A DNA stretch of 64,000 nucleotides from an uncultured Thermoplasmatales archaeon. Its GTDB lineage: Archaea > Thermoplasmatota > Thermoplasmata > Thermoplasmatales > GCA-001856825. Position numbers and translations under genes: made by a program. The stretch spans positions 1,242 through 65,241 of the forward strand of contig CAZIOW010000001.1 in assembly GCA_964541025.1 (NCBI GenBank), read 5' to 3'. A model generated the notes under the pieces. That model was not told where the DNA came from. It ran no database searches and worked only from the letters and a program-made list of their open reading frames with translations. This document shows positions 55,225-64,000 of this stretch, in pieces. Numbering within the stretch: position 1 is the stretch's first letter; every line of letters begins with the position of its first letter.

Positions 55225-56789
55225 TAGTTCTAGGAATTGAATCAACGGCACATACAGCATCTGTTGGATTGGTGAGCGATGGGAGAATCGTTGGCTTCAA
55301 ATCACATACTTTTAAACCCCAAACCGGTGGAATAAATCCAAGGGAAGCAGCTGAGCATCACAGGGAATACTTCCCCATTCTATTGAATGATCTCATGGAT
55401 TCATATTCCATAAATTTAGGTGAAATAGATAAAGTGGCATTTTCTGTTGGACCCGGGCTTGGACCCTCACTTAAAGTAGGAGCCTCTCTTGCAAGATTCC
55501 TATCTTTGAAATATGGCAAGGTCATAGTACCTGTTAATCATGGGATAGGTCATCTTGAAATAGCTAGAAAATTTTCAGGTTTCCAAAATCCTCTTTTCCT
55601 TTATATCTCTGGAGGAAATACCCAGCTGATATCCAGAGGTAAAGGTAAATATGTAGTGCTTGGAGAAACGATGGACATAGGGGTTGGAAATTTTTTAGAT
55701 AAGATAGCAAGAGACTTGGGCATTCCATTTCCCGGGGCACCAGTGCTGGAAAAAATGGCACTAAATGGTAAGAAAATTTTAGAGTGTCCTTACACTGTAA
55801 AGGGAATGGATGTTTCATATTCAGGTCTGTACACATTCCTAAAGAATAAGATAGGAAAGGAAAGTGATGATGATATAGCATTCAATGCACAGGAATACTC
55901 ATTCACAGCACTCACGGAAATAGTTGAAAGGGGAATGGCCCATTTCGGGTTTGATGAATTTACAATCACTGGAGGGGTAGCACGGAATAGGAGACTGAGA
56001 GATATGCTCGCAAAAATGGCAATTTCAAGATCTTATCAATATTATTTTCCACCTGATGAATATCTTTCAGACAATGGGGCTATGATAGCTCTCGCAGGTT
56101 TTTACAGCAATAAAATCGGAAATACCAGGGAGATGATAAATCAGAGTGACAGGTTAGATAATAGGGACGCTGAATGGATTGGGAGTGCAGAAATAAAGTC
56201 CAAAGAAATGGTTGGCGGGGAGAGCTTCATTTCAAAAGAAGAAATATTCGGTCTCGAATCAATTGTCAAGGAAAGAGTCAAAAGGGAATACAGAATTGGC
56301 GATCTGGATAAAAGGATTAACACTTCAAGAATGAAAAGGGAATTGACAATATTGAATGCGTTGAAGAAAATGGGCATATCAACCCCTTTGATTTATTACG
56401 CTGATTACGATAGATTCAGGATATATATGCAATATATCAAAGGAAGAAAGCTCAGCGCTATTCTGAATGAAGAAAGGGCAAAAGATGTTCTGAAAGATGT
56501 AGGAAAAATGGTAGGAAAGATGCATGAAGGGGGTATTAGTCATGGTGATCTAACCCCGGGAAATATACTTGTAGGAGATTCCTTGTATATAATAGATCCC
56601 TCAATGGGAGAGCTTAATGCTGATCTTGAGAATCTGGGAGTAGATATTCATCTAATGAAGGAATCTTTAAAGAGTCTTGGTTATGATTATCTGTTCCGGT
56701 ATTTTATGCAGGGATACAGTGGATTTAAGGGAAGCAAAGAAATAATGGAAAAGGTTAATGAAATAGAGAAGAGGAGGAGATACGTTTGA
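55221..56789 (+). CDS. kae1-bud32: bifunctional Kae1 (tRNA t6A synthase) - Bud32 (kinase/ATPase) fusion
   Basis: N-terminal half: LGIESTAHT, VNHGIGHLE, GGNTQ and GGVARN. C-terminal half: the HGDLTPGNILV and IIDPS kinase motifs. This is the known archaeal fusion architecture. Confidence 0.9.
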   Translation: MIVLGIESTAHTASVGLVSDGRIVGFKSHTFKPQTGGINPREAAEHHREYFPILLNDLMDSYSINLGEIDKVAFSVGPGLGPSLKVGASLARFLSLKYGKVIVPVNHGIGHLEIARKFSGFQNPLFLYISGGNTQLISRGKGKYVVLGETMDIGVGNFLDKIARDLGIPFPGAPVLEKMALNGKKILECPYTVKGMDVSYSGLYTFLKNKIGKESDDDIAFNAQEYSFTALTEIVERGMAHFGFDEFTITGGVARNRRLRDMLAKMAISRSYQYYFPPDEYLSDNGAMIALAGFYSNKIGNTREMINQSDRLDNRDAEWIGSAEIKSKEMVGGESFISKEEIFGLESIVKERVKREYRIGDLDKRINTSRMKRELTILNALKKMGISTPLIYYADYDRFRIYMQYIKGRKLSAILNEERAKDVLKDVGKMVGKMHEGGISHGDLTPGNILVGDSLYIIDPSMGELNADLENLGVDIHLMKESLKSLGYDYLFRYFMQGYSGFKGSKEIMEKVNEIEKRRRYV

Positions 56790-57334
56790 TGATAGTCACC
56801 TCGAATAAAGGAAAATTCCTAGAGTATAATGAAATATTCAAGGAGAATGGCATAGAACTGATACATTACAACCTTAAATATCCTGAAGAACAGCTGGATT
56901 CACTTGATGAGGTTGCAAGAAGGTCATTATATTATTTAACGGGTATAATAAAGGAGGAATTCTTTATAGACGATTCAGGCTTATTCATTGATTCATTGAA
57001 TGGATTTCCAGGGGTCTATTCTTCATATGTGCAATCAACCATTGGGAATCAAGGTATACTGGGGCTTATGAAGAATAACACTATCAGAAAGGCATCTTTT
57101 AAGACTTCCATAGCATACTATGATGGAGAAATACATATTTTCAATGGTCAAACATCAGGAACAATATCTTTTGAAGAAAAGGGAAAGAACGGGTTTGGCT
57201 ATGACCCAATATTTATACCTGATGGAGAAACCAGGACATATGCTGAGATGACAGTAGCGGAGAAAAACAGGATTTCGCACAGGAATAAGGCCGTTAAACA
57301 GTTGATAGATTTTTTGAAGAAAAAGAAAATATAA
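56789..57334 (+). CDS. rdgB: non-canonical purine NTP pyrophosphatase (HAM1/RdgB, XTP/dITP diphosphatase)
   Basis: TSNKGK, DDSGLFIDSLNGFPGVYS, GFGYDPIF and SHR motifs. ATG 56789 overlaps the kae1-bud32 stop (TGATG). Confidence 0.88.
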   Translation: MIVTSNKGKFLEYNEIFKENGIELIHYNLKYPEEQLDSLDEVARRSLYYLTGIIKEEFFIDDSGLFIDSLNGFPGVYSSYVQSTIGNQGILGLMKNNTIRKASFKTSIAYYDGEIHIFNGQTSGTISFEEKGKNGFGYDPIFIPDGETRTYAEMTVAEKNRISHRNKAVKQLIDFLKKKKI

Positions 57335-57353
57335 GAGAAAAAACTGAGGGTCT

Positions 57354-57734
57354 ATGGAAAAAGGGAAAATCAAGGAATTTAAAATACCTCTGTCTCTCGT
57401 ATTCCTGGCAATATCTTTATTTGCTTCAGCAATAATATCGATATACTGGTTTAGTCTTGCAATTCTTCCTACATCATTCTCATCTTTTATTAATTACACT
57501 GGCAACTGGGTCTATTATATTTTCGCTCTTTCCATAATAGGTGATGGTTATTTCATTTACCTCTTCTTATCAACCCTGAATGCGAGGAGGAAATTTGAAG
57601 AGCTTATGAACACGGACAGCAAATCAAATTTTGTTAAGAATATCAGGGAGCTTGAAATAGAGGCCAGGAAACTGGGACCCTCATTCAAGAAGAGGCTCAA
57701 TGAAAAGAAAGAACAGTTAAGAATAAAATTTTAA
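57354..57734 (+). CDS. small membrane protein (2-3 TM) with basic helical tail
   Basis: 126-aa ORF with hydrophobic segments at ~aa 12-35, 40-60 and 62-85. It is last in the co-directional string. Its stop overlaps the convergent speE stop region. Confidence 0.55.
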   Translation: MEKGKIKEFKIPLSLVFLAISLFASAIISIYWFSLAILPTSFSSFINYTGNWVYYIFALSIIGDGYFIYLFLSTLNARRKFEELMNTDSKSNFVKNIRELEIEARKLGPSFKKRLNEKKEQLRIKF

Positions 57735-58546
57735 ATTTTTTCAACAATTTCTTTCATGAACTGAGGAAGTTTTTGAGAACCTTCGTATATCTCTTTATTC
57801 ATGTATCTTCCTGTAAATTCCCTTTTCATTTTTATCTCCTTATTAGAGGCCATCACATAAGACCACATTCCGGAAGGATAGGTTGGCATGAATGAAACAT
57901 AGGGAACTATGAATTCAAAATACCTTTTCATCCCTTTCACTGCCTTTTTTATGTAGTCAGGATTCATAAATGGAGACCCAGATTGTGTAGCAATTATCCC
58001 TCCATCTTCAAGGCTATCCTTTGCCTTCATGTAGAAAACATCTGAAAACAGGGAAGCAGCAAAGCCTACAGGATCAGTTGAATCAACTAGTATTATATCA
58101 TACTTCTTCTTTCCATCCACAAAATCGAAAGCATCCTGATTATAGACATTCAATCTTTTATCTTTAAAGGAAGAGGAGGTTTGCGGGAGATATTCCTTAG
58201 AAGCATTTATTACATCCTCGTCTATTTCTACAAGGTCTACCTTCTCTACATCATATTTTAGAACTTCCCTAGCAATACCACCATCTCCTCCTCCTATTAT
58301 AAGAACATTTTTTGGTATAGAATGAGACATCATAGCAGGATGCGCAAGCATCTCCTGATACATGAATTCATCTTTATATGTTACCATGAAACAACCATCA
58401 AGAACCATTATTCTCCCGTAAAATTCAGTATCAAAAATATCAATTCTCTGGTATTTCGACTCTTTTGAAAATACGTGTGATTTAATCCTGACACCCAATT
58501 TAACGTCTTCATTTTGTAATTCTGAAAACCAATGCTCGATTTTCAT
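57731..58546 (-). CDS. speE: spermidine synthase / polyamine aminopropyltransferase
   Basis: VLIIGGGDGGIAREVLK, VEIDEDVI and LVDSTDP motifs. Confidence 0.9.
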   Translation of the reverse strand: MKIEHWFSELQNEDVKLGVRIKSHVFSKESKYQRIDIFDTEFYGRIMVLDGCFMVTYKDEFMYQEMLAHPAMMSHSIPKNVLIIGGGDGGIAREVLKYDVEKVDLVEIDEDVINASKEYLPQTSSSFKDKRLNVYNQDAFDFVDGKKKYDIILVDSTDPVGFAASLFSDVFYMKAKDSLEDGGIIATQSGSPFMNPDYIKKAVKGMKRYFEFIVPYVSFMPTYPSGMWSYVMASNKEIKMKREFTGRYMNKEIYEGSQKLPQFMKEIVEKI

Positions 58547-58607
58547 GAATTGAGATTAAAATGTCTCACTTAATACTTTTCGTGAATAAAATTATTTCTT
58601 AAATACA

Positions 58608-58617
58608 TTTATAAAAA
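58608..58617 (+). promoter_or_regulatory. putative TATA box for gdhA
   Basis: TTTATAAAAA lies about 40 nt upstream of ATG 58655. SD GAGGTGA is at 58643-58649. Confidence 0.35.
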
Positions 58618-58654
58618 ATGGATTGATTACGGTACACCCATTGAGGTGAAAAAT

Positions 58655-59905
58655 ATGGCAGAGGAATTGAACCCGTTTAAAATCGCCCAGACACAACTGG
58701 ACGAGGCTGCTAAGATAATGAAACTAGACCCTCAGGCCCTGGCTATACTGAGGGAGCCTATGGAAATTCTCGAAGTCCAGATCCCGGTAAAAATGGATGA
58801 CGGAACAACAAAGGTTTTCAGGGGATTCAGGGTCCATTACAATAATGCGAGGGGACCAATGAAGGGAGGTATAAGGTATCATCCCCAGGAAACCCTAGAT
58901 ACTGTAAAAGCTCTATCTGCTTGGATGACCTGGAAAACCGCCCTGGCAAACATTCCTTATGGAGGTGCCAAGGGAGGAATCATATGCGATCCTGAAAAAC
59001 TGAGCAAGGGTGAACTTGAAAGGCTTTCAAGAGGATACATAAGGGCAATATACAAGTTCATAGGTCCAGATATTGATATCCCGGCACCTGATGTTTTCAC
59101 AACCCCGCAGATAATGGCCTGGATGGTTGATGAATATGAGAAGATCGTCGGTCACAGCGCACCCGGAGTCATAACAGGTAAGCCACTGGAAATAGGAGGA
59201 TCTCTTGGAAGGACAGAGGCTACGGGAAGGGGAGGAATGTTTGTACTGAGGGAAGCAGCAAAGAAAATAAACCTTGATCTTAGCAAGGCAACGATAGCAA
59301 TCCAAGGTCACGGGAACGTTGGTCAGTATTCACATAAGCTCGCCATAGAGATGTTCGGTGCAAAGGTAGTAGCTGTCAGTGATGTTTACGGAGCAATATA
59401 CAACGAGAAGGGAATAGATTATGAAGCATTGATGGCGCACAAGCAGAAGACAGGTACTGTTACGAAATTCCCAGGTGCAAAGAGCATAACCAACGAGGAA
59501 CTTCTTGAGCTGAATGTTGATGTGCTGATACCTGCTGCAGTAGAGAACCAGATAACTGCAAAGAATGCAGATAAGATCAAGGCAAAAATAGTCCTTGAGC
59601 TTGCGAATGGACCTACAACACCTGAGGCCGATGTTATACTTCACAAGAAGGGAATCTTAGGAATTCCTGATTTCCTGTCAAATTCCGGTGGTGTTATTGT
59701 ATCATATTTCGAGTGGGTACAGAATATAAATGGATATTACTGGTCAATTGATGAAGTGAACAGCAGACTTGACAAGAAGATGTCTGAGAGCTTCTGGGAC
59801 ACCATGGAGACTGCAGAGAAGTACAAGACCTATCCAAGGATGGGTGCTTACATTCTGGCGGTTGACAGGGTAGCAAAGGCCATGAAGGCTCGCAGCTGGT
59901 ATTGA
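58655..59905 (+). CDS. gdhA: glutamate dehydrogenase
   Basis: [14 protein letters not shown] and GHGNVG motifs. The track start 58646 is GTG inside the SD. ATG 58655 gives [12 protein letters not shown]. Confidence 0.93.
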   Translation: MAEELNPFKIAQTQLDEAAKIMKLDPQALAILREPMEILEVQIPVKMDDGTTKVFRGFRVHYNNARGPMKGGIRYHPQETLDTVKALSAWMTWKTALANIPYGGAKGGIICDPEKLSKGELERLSRGYIRAIYKFIGPDIDIPAPDVFTTPQIMAWMVDEYEKIVGHSAPGVITGKPLEIGGSLGRTEATGRGGMFVLREAAKKINLDLSKATIAIQGHGNVGQYSHKLAIEMFGAKVVAVSDVYGAIYNEKGIDYEALMAHKQKTGTVTKFPGAKSITNEELLELNVDVLIPAAVENQITAKNADKIKAKIVLELANGPTTPEADVILHKKGILGIPDFLSNSGGVIVSYFEWVQNINGYYWSIDEVNSRLDKKMSESFWDTMETAEKYKTYPRMGAYILAVDRVAKAMKARSWY

Positions 59906-59910
59906 GAAAA

Positions 59911-59937
59911 TTCATTTTTTCATTTTTTTCATTTTTC
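59911..59937 (+). terminator. oligo-T termination tract after gdhA
   Basis: Three T5-T7 runs within 27 nt (TTCATTTTTTCATTTTTTTCATTTTTC), starting 6 nt after the TGA. Confidence 0.5.
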
Positions 59938-59983
59938 TGAACCCCCTTAAATCTTAAAATACTAGAAATCATGTTATTGCTTT

Positions 59984-60454
59984 ATGTTCAGCTTTAAGGG
60001 TAATCATGTATATCTTCTTGAACTGGAGCATTTCAATACCGTTATTGTAGAAGATTTTATCAATAGCTTTGGGAAGACACTCCTGTTACTTGGAGATGGT
60101 ATTTTTATAGACGCATATTCATTGAAGAAAAAATTCGGTGATACTGTTTACATACAGAGGGTTCTGAACATGTATCAGATGCAGAAGACTGTATTAGAAG
60201 ATATTTACGAGGACAGTTTCTCAATCTTTCTTGTACTTAGGCTTTCAGAAGTGAAGAACTGGAAGGAAGGAATAATCCTGAACATATCTAGGGCAATGGA
60301 AGGTCTGTGTAAATTATCAGGGAAACCAAGCATATTCTATCTTTTGCATGATGAAGAATATGTTCCTCATTCTGTAAAAAATGCCTTCAGGTACAGAATA
60401 TTGGAGGTGCCTGATAAATGGGAAGAAATACCCCAAGTCTCAGAATGGAAATAG
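59984..60454 (+). CDS. hypothetical protein (156 aa), first gene of the PolB-like cassette
   Basis: ATG-started ORF. No recognised motif. It overlaps the next ORF. Confidence 0.55.
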   Translation: MFSFKGNHVYLLELEHFNTVIVEDFINSFGKTLLLLGDGIFIDAYSLKKKFGDTVYIQRVLNMYQMQKTVLEDIYEDSFSIFLVLRLSEVKNWKEGIILNISRAMEGLCKLSGKPSIFYLLHDEEYVPHSVKNAFRYRILEVPDKWEEIPQVSEWK

Positions 60455-60636
60455 ACAGGATTATAGAAGAAATAAGAAAGATGGAAAAGGTTATGAGGAG
60501 GGAAGACGCTGAGCTGCTTGAAGATATAATAAAGAAGGCTAAGATACACACGCCTCAATCCTCATATGCCTCCCTAGATCCGGAATTTTCATTCCTTCTT
60601 TCTGTTTTGATAGAGCTCTCAAGGGAAAGGAAATGA
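60418..60636 (+). CDS. small helical hypothetical protein (72 aa, or 63 aa from ATG 60445)
   Basis: ORF overlapping the upstream gene by 37 nt, or by 10 nt if ATG 60445 is used. It shares an ATGA overlap with the polymerase-like gene. Confidence 0.5.
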   Translation: MGRNTPSLRMEIDRIIEEIRKMEKVMRREDAELLEDIIKKAKIHTPQSSYASLDPEFSFLLSVLIELSRERK

Positions 60637-62618
60637 TAATAGACGCGTGGGGCAGGGATAATATCTACACTATAGATGAAAACAGGCGAATTAAGAAATG
60701 GAAATATTCTCATAATATATATGTTAGTGGTGAATCTCTTTATAAAGTAGTAGATGAGATAGACTCACTCCCTTGGGTTAAATGGTATTATGATACCAAA
60801 GGGGATGCATATTCTAAGAAGAGAGTTCTTGTCATAGATCTGCCACCAAGCAGAATAGAGGAAATGGTATATGCAATAGAGCAGATTGGCAATAACAGGG
60901 ATTATGAAATTTACAACGCAGACATAAACATAATACAGTCATTCATGGTGAAAAATAGATTGAATTTTTTTGATGAGAACAGCGAAGAGATGAACAAGGA
61001 TTTCATTATTCCAGAATTGAATATACTCAGCATAAAATTCATCGATGGGATAAGAGAAATAGAAATTAACGGGGAAATTTTCAATAATCTCGAAGTATCC
61101 ATGGATTATTTCTTCTCTCACCTGGAAGATTCCAACATAATAATATCGGAAAATGGAGACACATATTTCCAGAAATTTTTCACCATAGCAAGGCATTATG
61201 GGTATTCTGCTTACACTGCATTAAGCAGGGAAAGGTCATTCAATTCATACGGCCGGGTACATCACAGGAAAAGTGGTTTCATAATAGGTGGAATACCTCA
61301 CATAGATAAGAGAACATCATTCATGTACAGTGAGGGAGGGCTTGAAGGTGTTGTGACAATTTCACGACTGACAGACCTCCCCTTATTTAACAGCTCTAGG
61401 ATAACACCTGGAACTGCAGTTTCATCATATGAAATAAGAAAGGCTATTTCAAGAGGCATAATGATACCTCTTTACAAAGGCGACCATGAGGAAATGAAAA
61501 GCATTGATCAGTTCATTGAATCAGATAAGGGTGGTCTAATACTGCAGCCAAATCCTGGGGTATATGAAGGTGTCTATGAAATAGACTTCAGTTCAATGTA
61601 CCCGTCAATAATAGTGAATTACAACCTCTCGATGGAAACAATAAATGTCAAATGCAAAAATTTTGAACTGCTTCCATATCTTAATTACAAAATTTGCAAG
61701 GACAAAAAGGGCATACTCTCTGATATACTTTCAGACCTACTTGATCTGAGGCTGTATTACAAGAGCAGAAAGAATGAAGATCAGAGGTTTGCATCGCGTG
61801 ACAAAGTTTTGAAATGGCTTCTTTTAACTTCCTTTGGATATACCGGTTATAAAAATGCCAAGTTTGGAAAAATAGAGGTGCATGAAGCGATTACATCAAT
61901 CGGCAGGAATATTCTTGCACAGAGTTTCCAGATCGCTCAGGAAGAGGGATTTGAGGTCATACATGGCATTGTGGACTCACTCTGGCTCAGAGGAAAAGGA
62001 GATATTAAAAGGGTGATGGAAAGAATTGAGGCTTTCAGTAAATTGAAAATATCACTTGAAGGATACTATAAATGGATAACTTTCCTGCCATCTCGGGAGG
62101 GAGACGGTGCAATAAACAAATATTTTGGGCTTATGAACAATAATGTATTCAAAATTAGAGGCATAGAGATGAGGAGAAGTGATTTTCCTGAGATATGCAA
62201 GAAGATGCAGGAAGAAATACTTGGTTTATATTCAAATGTGAACTCAATCTCAGATTTCCGTTTTATATACAAAGAAGCATTGCAAATTTATGAAAAATAC
62301 AAGGAGAATATTGTAACCGGCAATGTTAGAGATGAGGATATGATGTTATCATTTGTTATGACAAGATTTCCTGAGTATTACTCAGTAAACAGTATAAGGA
62401 AAAAGGCAACTGAGAAGTCTAATGCATCAGTTCCTGGAGATAAGCTTAATTTTTTTGTTAACGATGAAAAGAAAGGACTTATTGAACTGGATTATCTAGA
62501 AGGTAAATATGACAAAAATTTTTATCTAAGAAAGCTGAACCTTGCGTGGGACAGTATATCGTATCCACTGAGATATGCAGGTGTAATATATCAAAAAGTT
62601 ATTGAGGAATATGATTGA
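60633..62618 (+). CDS. family B DNA polymerase paralog, exonuclease motifs absent and polymerase motifs B/C degenerate (PolB2-like)
   Basis: Motif A is retained: EIDFSSMYPSIIVNYN (Asp318, nt 61584-61586). Motif B reads KWLLLTSFGYTG, expected KxxxNSxYG. Motif C reads VIHGIVDSLWL (Asp448, nt 61974-61976), expected YGDTDS. The Exo I position reads KFIDGI, with no DxE. KxY is retained as INKYFG. Length 661 aa. Confidence 0.85.
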   Translation: MIIDAWGRDNIYTIDENRRIKKWKYSHNIYVSGESLYKVVDEIDSLPWVKWYYDTKGDAYSKKRVLVIDLPPSRIEEMVYAIEQIGNNRDYEIYNADINIIQSFMVKNRLNFFDENSEEMNKDFIIPELNILSIKFIDGIREIEINGEIFNNLEVSMDYFFSHLEDSNIIISENGDTYFQKFFTIARHYGYSAYTALSRERSFNSYGRVHHRKSGFIIGGIPHIDKRTSFMYSEGGLEGVVTISRLTDLPLFNSSRITPGTAVSSYEIRKAISRGIMIPLYKGDHEEMKSIDQFIESDKGGLILQPNPGVYEGVYEIDFSSMYPSIIVNYNLSMETINVKCKNFELLPYLNYKICKDKKGILSDILSDLLDLRLYYKSRKNEDQRFASRDKVLKWLLLTSFGYTGYKNAKFGKIEVHEAITSIGRNILAQSFQIAQEEGFEVIHGIVDSLWLRGKGDIKRVMERIEAFSKLKISLEGYYKWITFLPSREGDGAINKYFGLMNNNVFKIRGIEMRRSDFPEICKKMQEEILGLYSNVNSISDFRFIYKEALQIYEKYKENIVTGNVRDEDMMLSFVMTRFPEYYSVNSIRKKATEKSNASVPGDKLNFFVNDEKKGLIELDYLEGKYDKNFYLRKLNLAWDSISYPLRYAGVIYQKVIEEYD

Positions 62619-62898
62619 AATAAAAAATATAACAGTAGAAGGGAAAGTTTACCAGGGTATAAAGGTCGAGATGGATCCAGCTCCTTTGGTAATAATCAAG
62701 GGGGAAAGGGGCTTTTTAATGTGCGGTTACCTGAACATAGAGGCAGCTGATAAATTAGGAGCAGTGGCAGTATCCATATCTGGTGTCAAAACATTCGATG
62801 ACCTGCTAAACAAGGAAGTAGGTAAAATAAGCCAGAAAGCAAGGGATATAGGAATAAGGGAAGGGATGAAGGGTTCTGAGGCACTTAAAATGCTATGA
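62602..62898 (+). CDS. DUF1805 (YunC-like) protein
   Basis: VEGKVYQGIKVEMDPAPLVIIKGERGFLMCGYLNIEAADKLG...GVKTFDDLL...GMKGSEALKML aligns along its whole length with the B. subtilis YunC pattern. It overlaps the polymerase-like gene by 17 nt. Confidence 0.8.
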   Translation: MRNMIEIKNITVEGKVYQGIKVEMDPAPLVIIKGERGFLMCGYLNIEAADKLGAVAVSISGVKTFDDLLNKEVGKISQKARDIGIREGMKGSEALKML

Positions 62899-63321
62899 GT
62901 AAATCTCGTAAACTACCAAGTAAGCACCCTTCTTTTTTTCCATTATTTCATTTTCATCAGATTCTGTAAGAGCAGACCCAATATTTTTCCCTCTCAGATC
63001 CTGTATAATTACTGGGTAATCCTTCCTTATCTGACCGTTAATCCTGGTTATGCCAACTGCATAAAGTTTCGCACCATTTTTAATTCTCTGGACAGCGCCA
63101 TCATCTATAATAACAGAAGGAAAATTATTAGAAAGCATAATCCTCAAAGTTGGAAGCCATTTATCTTGGAACTTCAGCAGCACCGGAACTTTATCGATAT
63201 AAATTATATCTACATCATTCTCTTCCAACTCTACTGTTTTAGCATCAGAGGGAATGCCATATTTGCTTAAAAGATCTATAAACTCCTTGGAATCCCTCTT
63301 TGATAAGAAATGCCTTTTCAT
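62893..63321 (-). CDS. PUA-domain RNA-binding protein (MCT-1/Tma20-like small archaeal form)
   Basis: The C-terminal half, VIIDDGAVQRIKNGAKLYAVGITRINGQIRKDYPVIIQDLRGKNIGSALT, is PUA-like. Confidence 0.7.
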   Translation of the reverse strand: MKRHFLSKRDSKEFIDLLSKYGIPSDAKTVELEENDVDIIYIDKVPVLLKFQDKWLPTLRIMLSNNFPSVIIDDGAVQRIKNGAKLYAVGITRINGQIRKDYPVIIQDLRGKNIGSALTESDENEIMEKKKGAYLVVYEIYS

Positions 63322-63406
63322 AAACTCATAACATTACATTTTTTTAAAACTTTTTGATAATCAATTAAAATGGTCTCTCTCTAAAAATACCATTTCAATC
63401 ATTGAG

Positions 63407-63772
63407 CTAGACCCCTCGACCGATTATTTTTCTTTTGGATTCTTCCAGAAGTTTCAATTTGGCACCAATATCCTTTGAGTTTCTGAGACTGTTTAGAATT
63501 ACTAATTTATTTATCTCCTTGTCCAGCATATTCAACACTAATTTCTTAGTCCATTTAAATGAGCCCTCAAGATAAGGACTCAATGGAACTTTGTTGAATA
63601 ATATCAGATATGGGAGGTTATCTAGATATATGTTGTCCCCTATGTGGATAAACCCTTCTGTATTCAGTGAAAATTCAACCGATGTCATTTTAATTATGAT
63701 GGAGAGATTGTCAAACCTGGAAAGTTTTTTCTTGACATAATTAGAATTATGATTCATGTCAGTTGACAACAT
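63407..63772 (-). CDS. hypothetical protein (121 aa)
   Basis: ATG start preceded by GGTGA. It overlaps the stop of an upstream partial ORF by 14 nt. No motif recognised. Confidence 0.5.
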   Translation of the reverse strand: MLSTDMNHNSNYVKKKLSRFDNLSIIIKMTSVEFSLNTEGFIHIGDNIYLDNLPYLILFNKVPLSPYLEGSFKWTKKLVLNMLDKEINKLVILNSLRNSKDIGAKLKLLEESKRKIIGRGV

Positions 63773-64000
63773 AATTCACCTTCCCACTTCTCTTGAATAA
63801 TAATAGTAATTTAGAAACTAAAAGAGGTAATATATCTAAATCGTTACTAACTGCAGTTTTTCCTCCTCTTTCAATCTTTAAACTCTTAAGCATTATAACT
63901 AAGTACTGCGTAAACAAATGGAATGAGTCCATATAATTTCTAAACTTTAAATTGGCTAACCCTTTATCAATAACACCATACCTTATTCTGAATTTGAGTC
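63759..64000 (-). CDS. 3' end of a hypothetical gene continuing beyond the right window edge
   Basis: Open frame of 79 codons from nt 63998 down to the TGA at 63759-63761 (...KIERGGKTAVSNDLDILPLLVSKLLLLFKRSGKVNYVVN). It is absent from the track because it has no in-window start giving 60 aa or more. Confidence 0.45.
   Translation of the reverse strand, partial: LKFRIRYGVIDKGLANLKFRNYMDSFHLFTQYLVIMLKSLKIERGGKTAVSNDLDILPLLVSKLLLLFKRSGKVNYVVN

Noticed and set aside
50325-62618. Inteins in RtcB, DNA ligase or the PolB-like protein
   Set aside because: The lengths (482, 588 and 661 aa) and the uninterrupted motif order leave no room for an intein-sized insertion.
1-64000. tRNA, rRNA, CRISPR arrays, transposases, integrases and prophage genes
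   Set aside because: Coding density leaves only a few gaps over 150 nt. None of them contains GC-rich cloverleaf-like sequence or direct-repeat arrays. No ORF shows DDE, tyrosine or serine recombinase, or Cas motifs that I could recognise.

Overview
This is a gene-dense, AT-rich archaeal chromosomal segment. I call about 70 CDS, mostly separated by under 100 nt, and many overlap by 4-37 nt. Gene content points to a Thermoplasmatales-like acidophile, but this is inference and was not checked against any database. The supporting genes are Alba, PriS, S17e, ArcTGT, a Kae1-Bud32 fusion, Csl4, an Sm protein, ABCE1, RtcB, family-B polymerase, a tricorn-factor-like M1 peptidase and a rusticyanin/sulfocyanin-like cupredoxin.

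Recognisable blocks:
- SQR plus DUF1641.
- Sua5, and an RHH / NPP-like / APS-kinase operon.
- alba-tgtA.
- The purS-purL-purQ ... priS-rps17e gene string.
- A Mo/W cofactor and transport cluster (moaC, moaB, two moeA, ABC transporter).
- argF-sucDC.
- An acyl-CoA cluster.
- lig-pyrDK.
- A nine-gene RNA-metabolism string (METTL5-like, Csl4, Sm, Kae1-Bud32, ITPase).
- speE and gdhA.

I saw no rRNA, tRNA, CRISPR array, transposase or integrase.

Candidates for something undescribed, best first:
1. A four-gene overlapping cassette at 59984-62898: two small orphan proteins, an exonuclease-less family-B polymerase paralog with degenerate motifs B and C, and DUF1805.
2. A thiolase-fold protein at 42321-44074 that lacks both catalytic cysteines and is coupled to a DUF35 protein.
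3. A coiled-coil protein at 53875-55224 with a KaiC/RecA-like domain whose Walker A and B look degenerate, coupled to Kae1-Bud32.
4. An unannotated 48-codon sORF between csl4 and the Sm gene.
5. An MFS-DUF47 fusion, an ArcTGT without its zinc cysteines, and an orphan APS-kinase operon.

All family calls come from motif recognition by eye. No search or computation was run.
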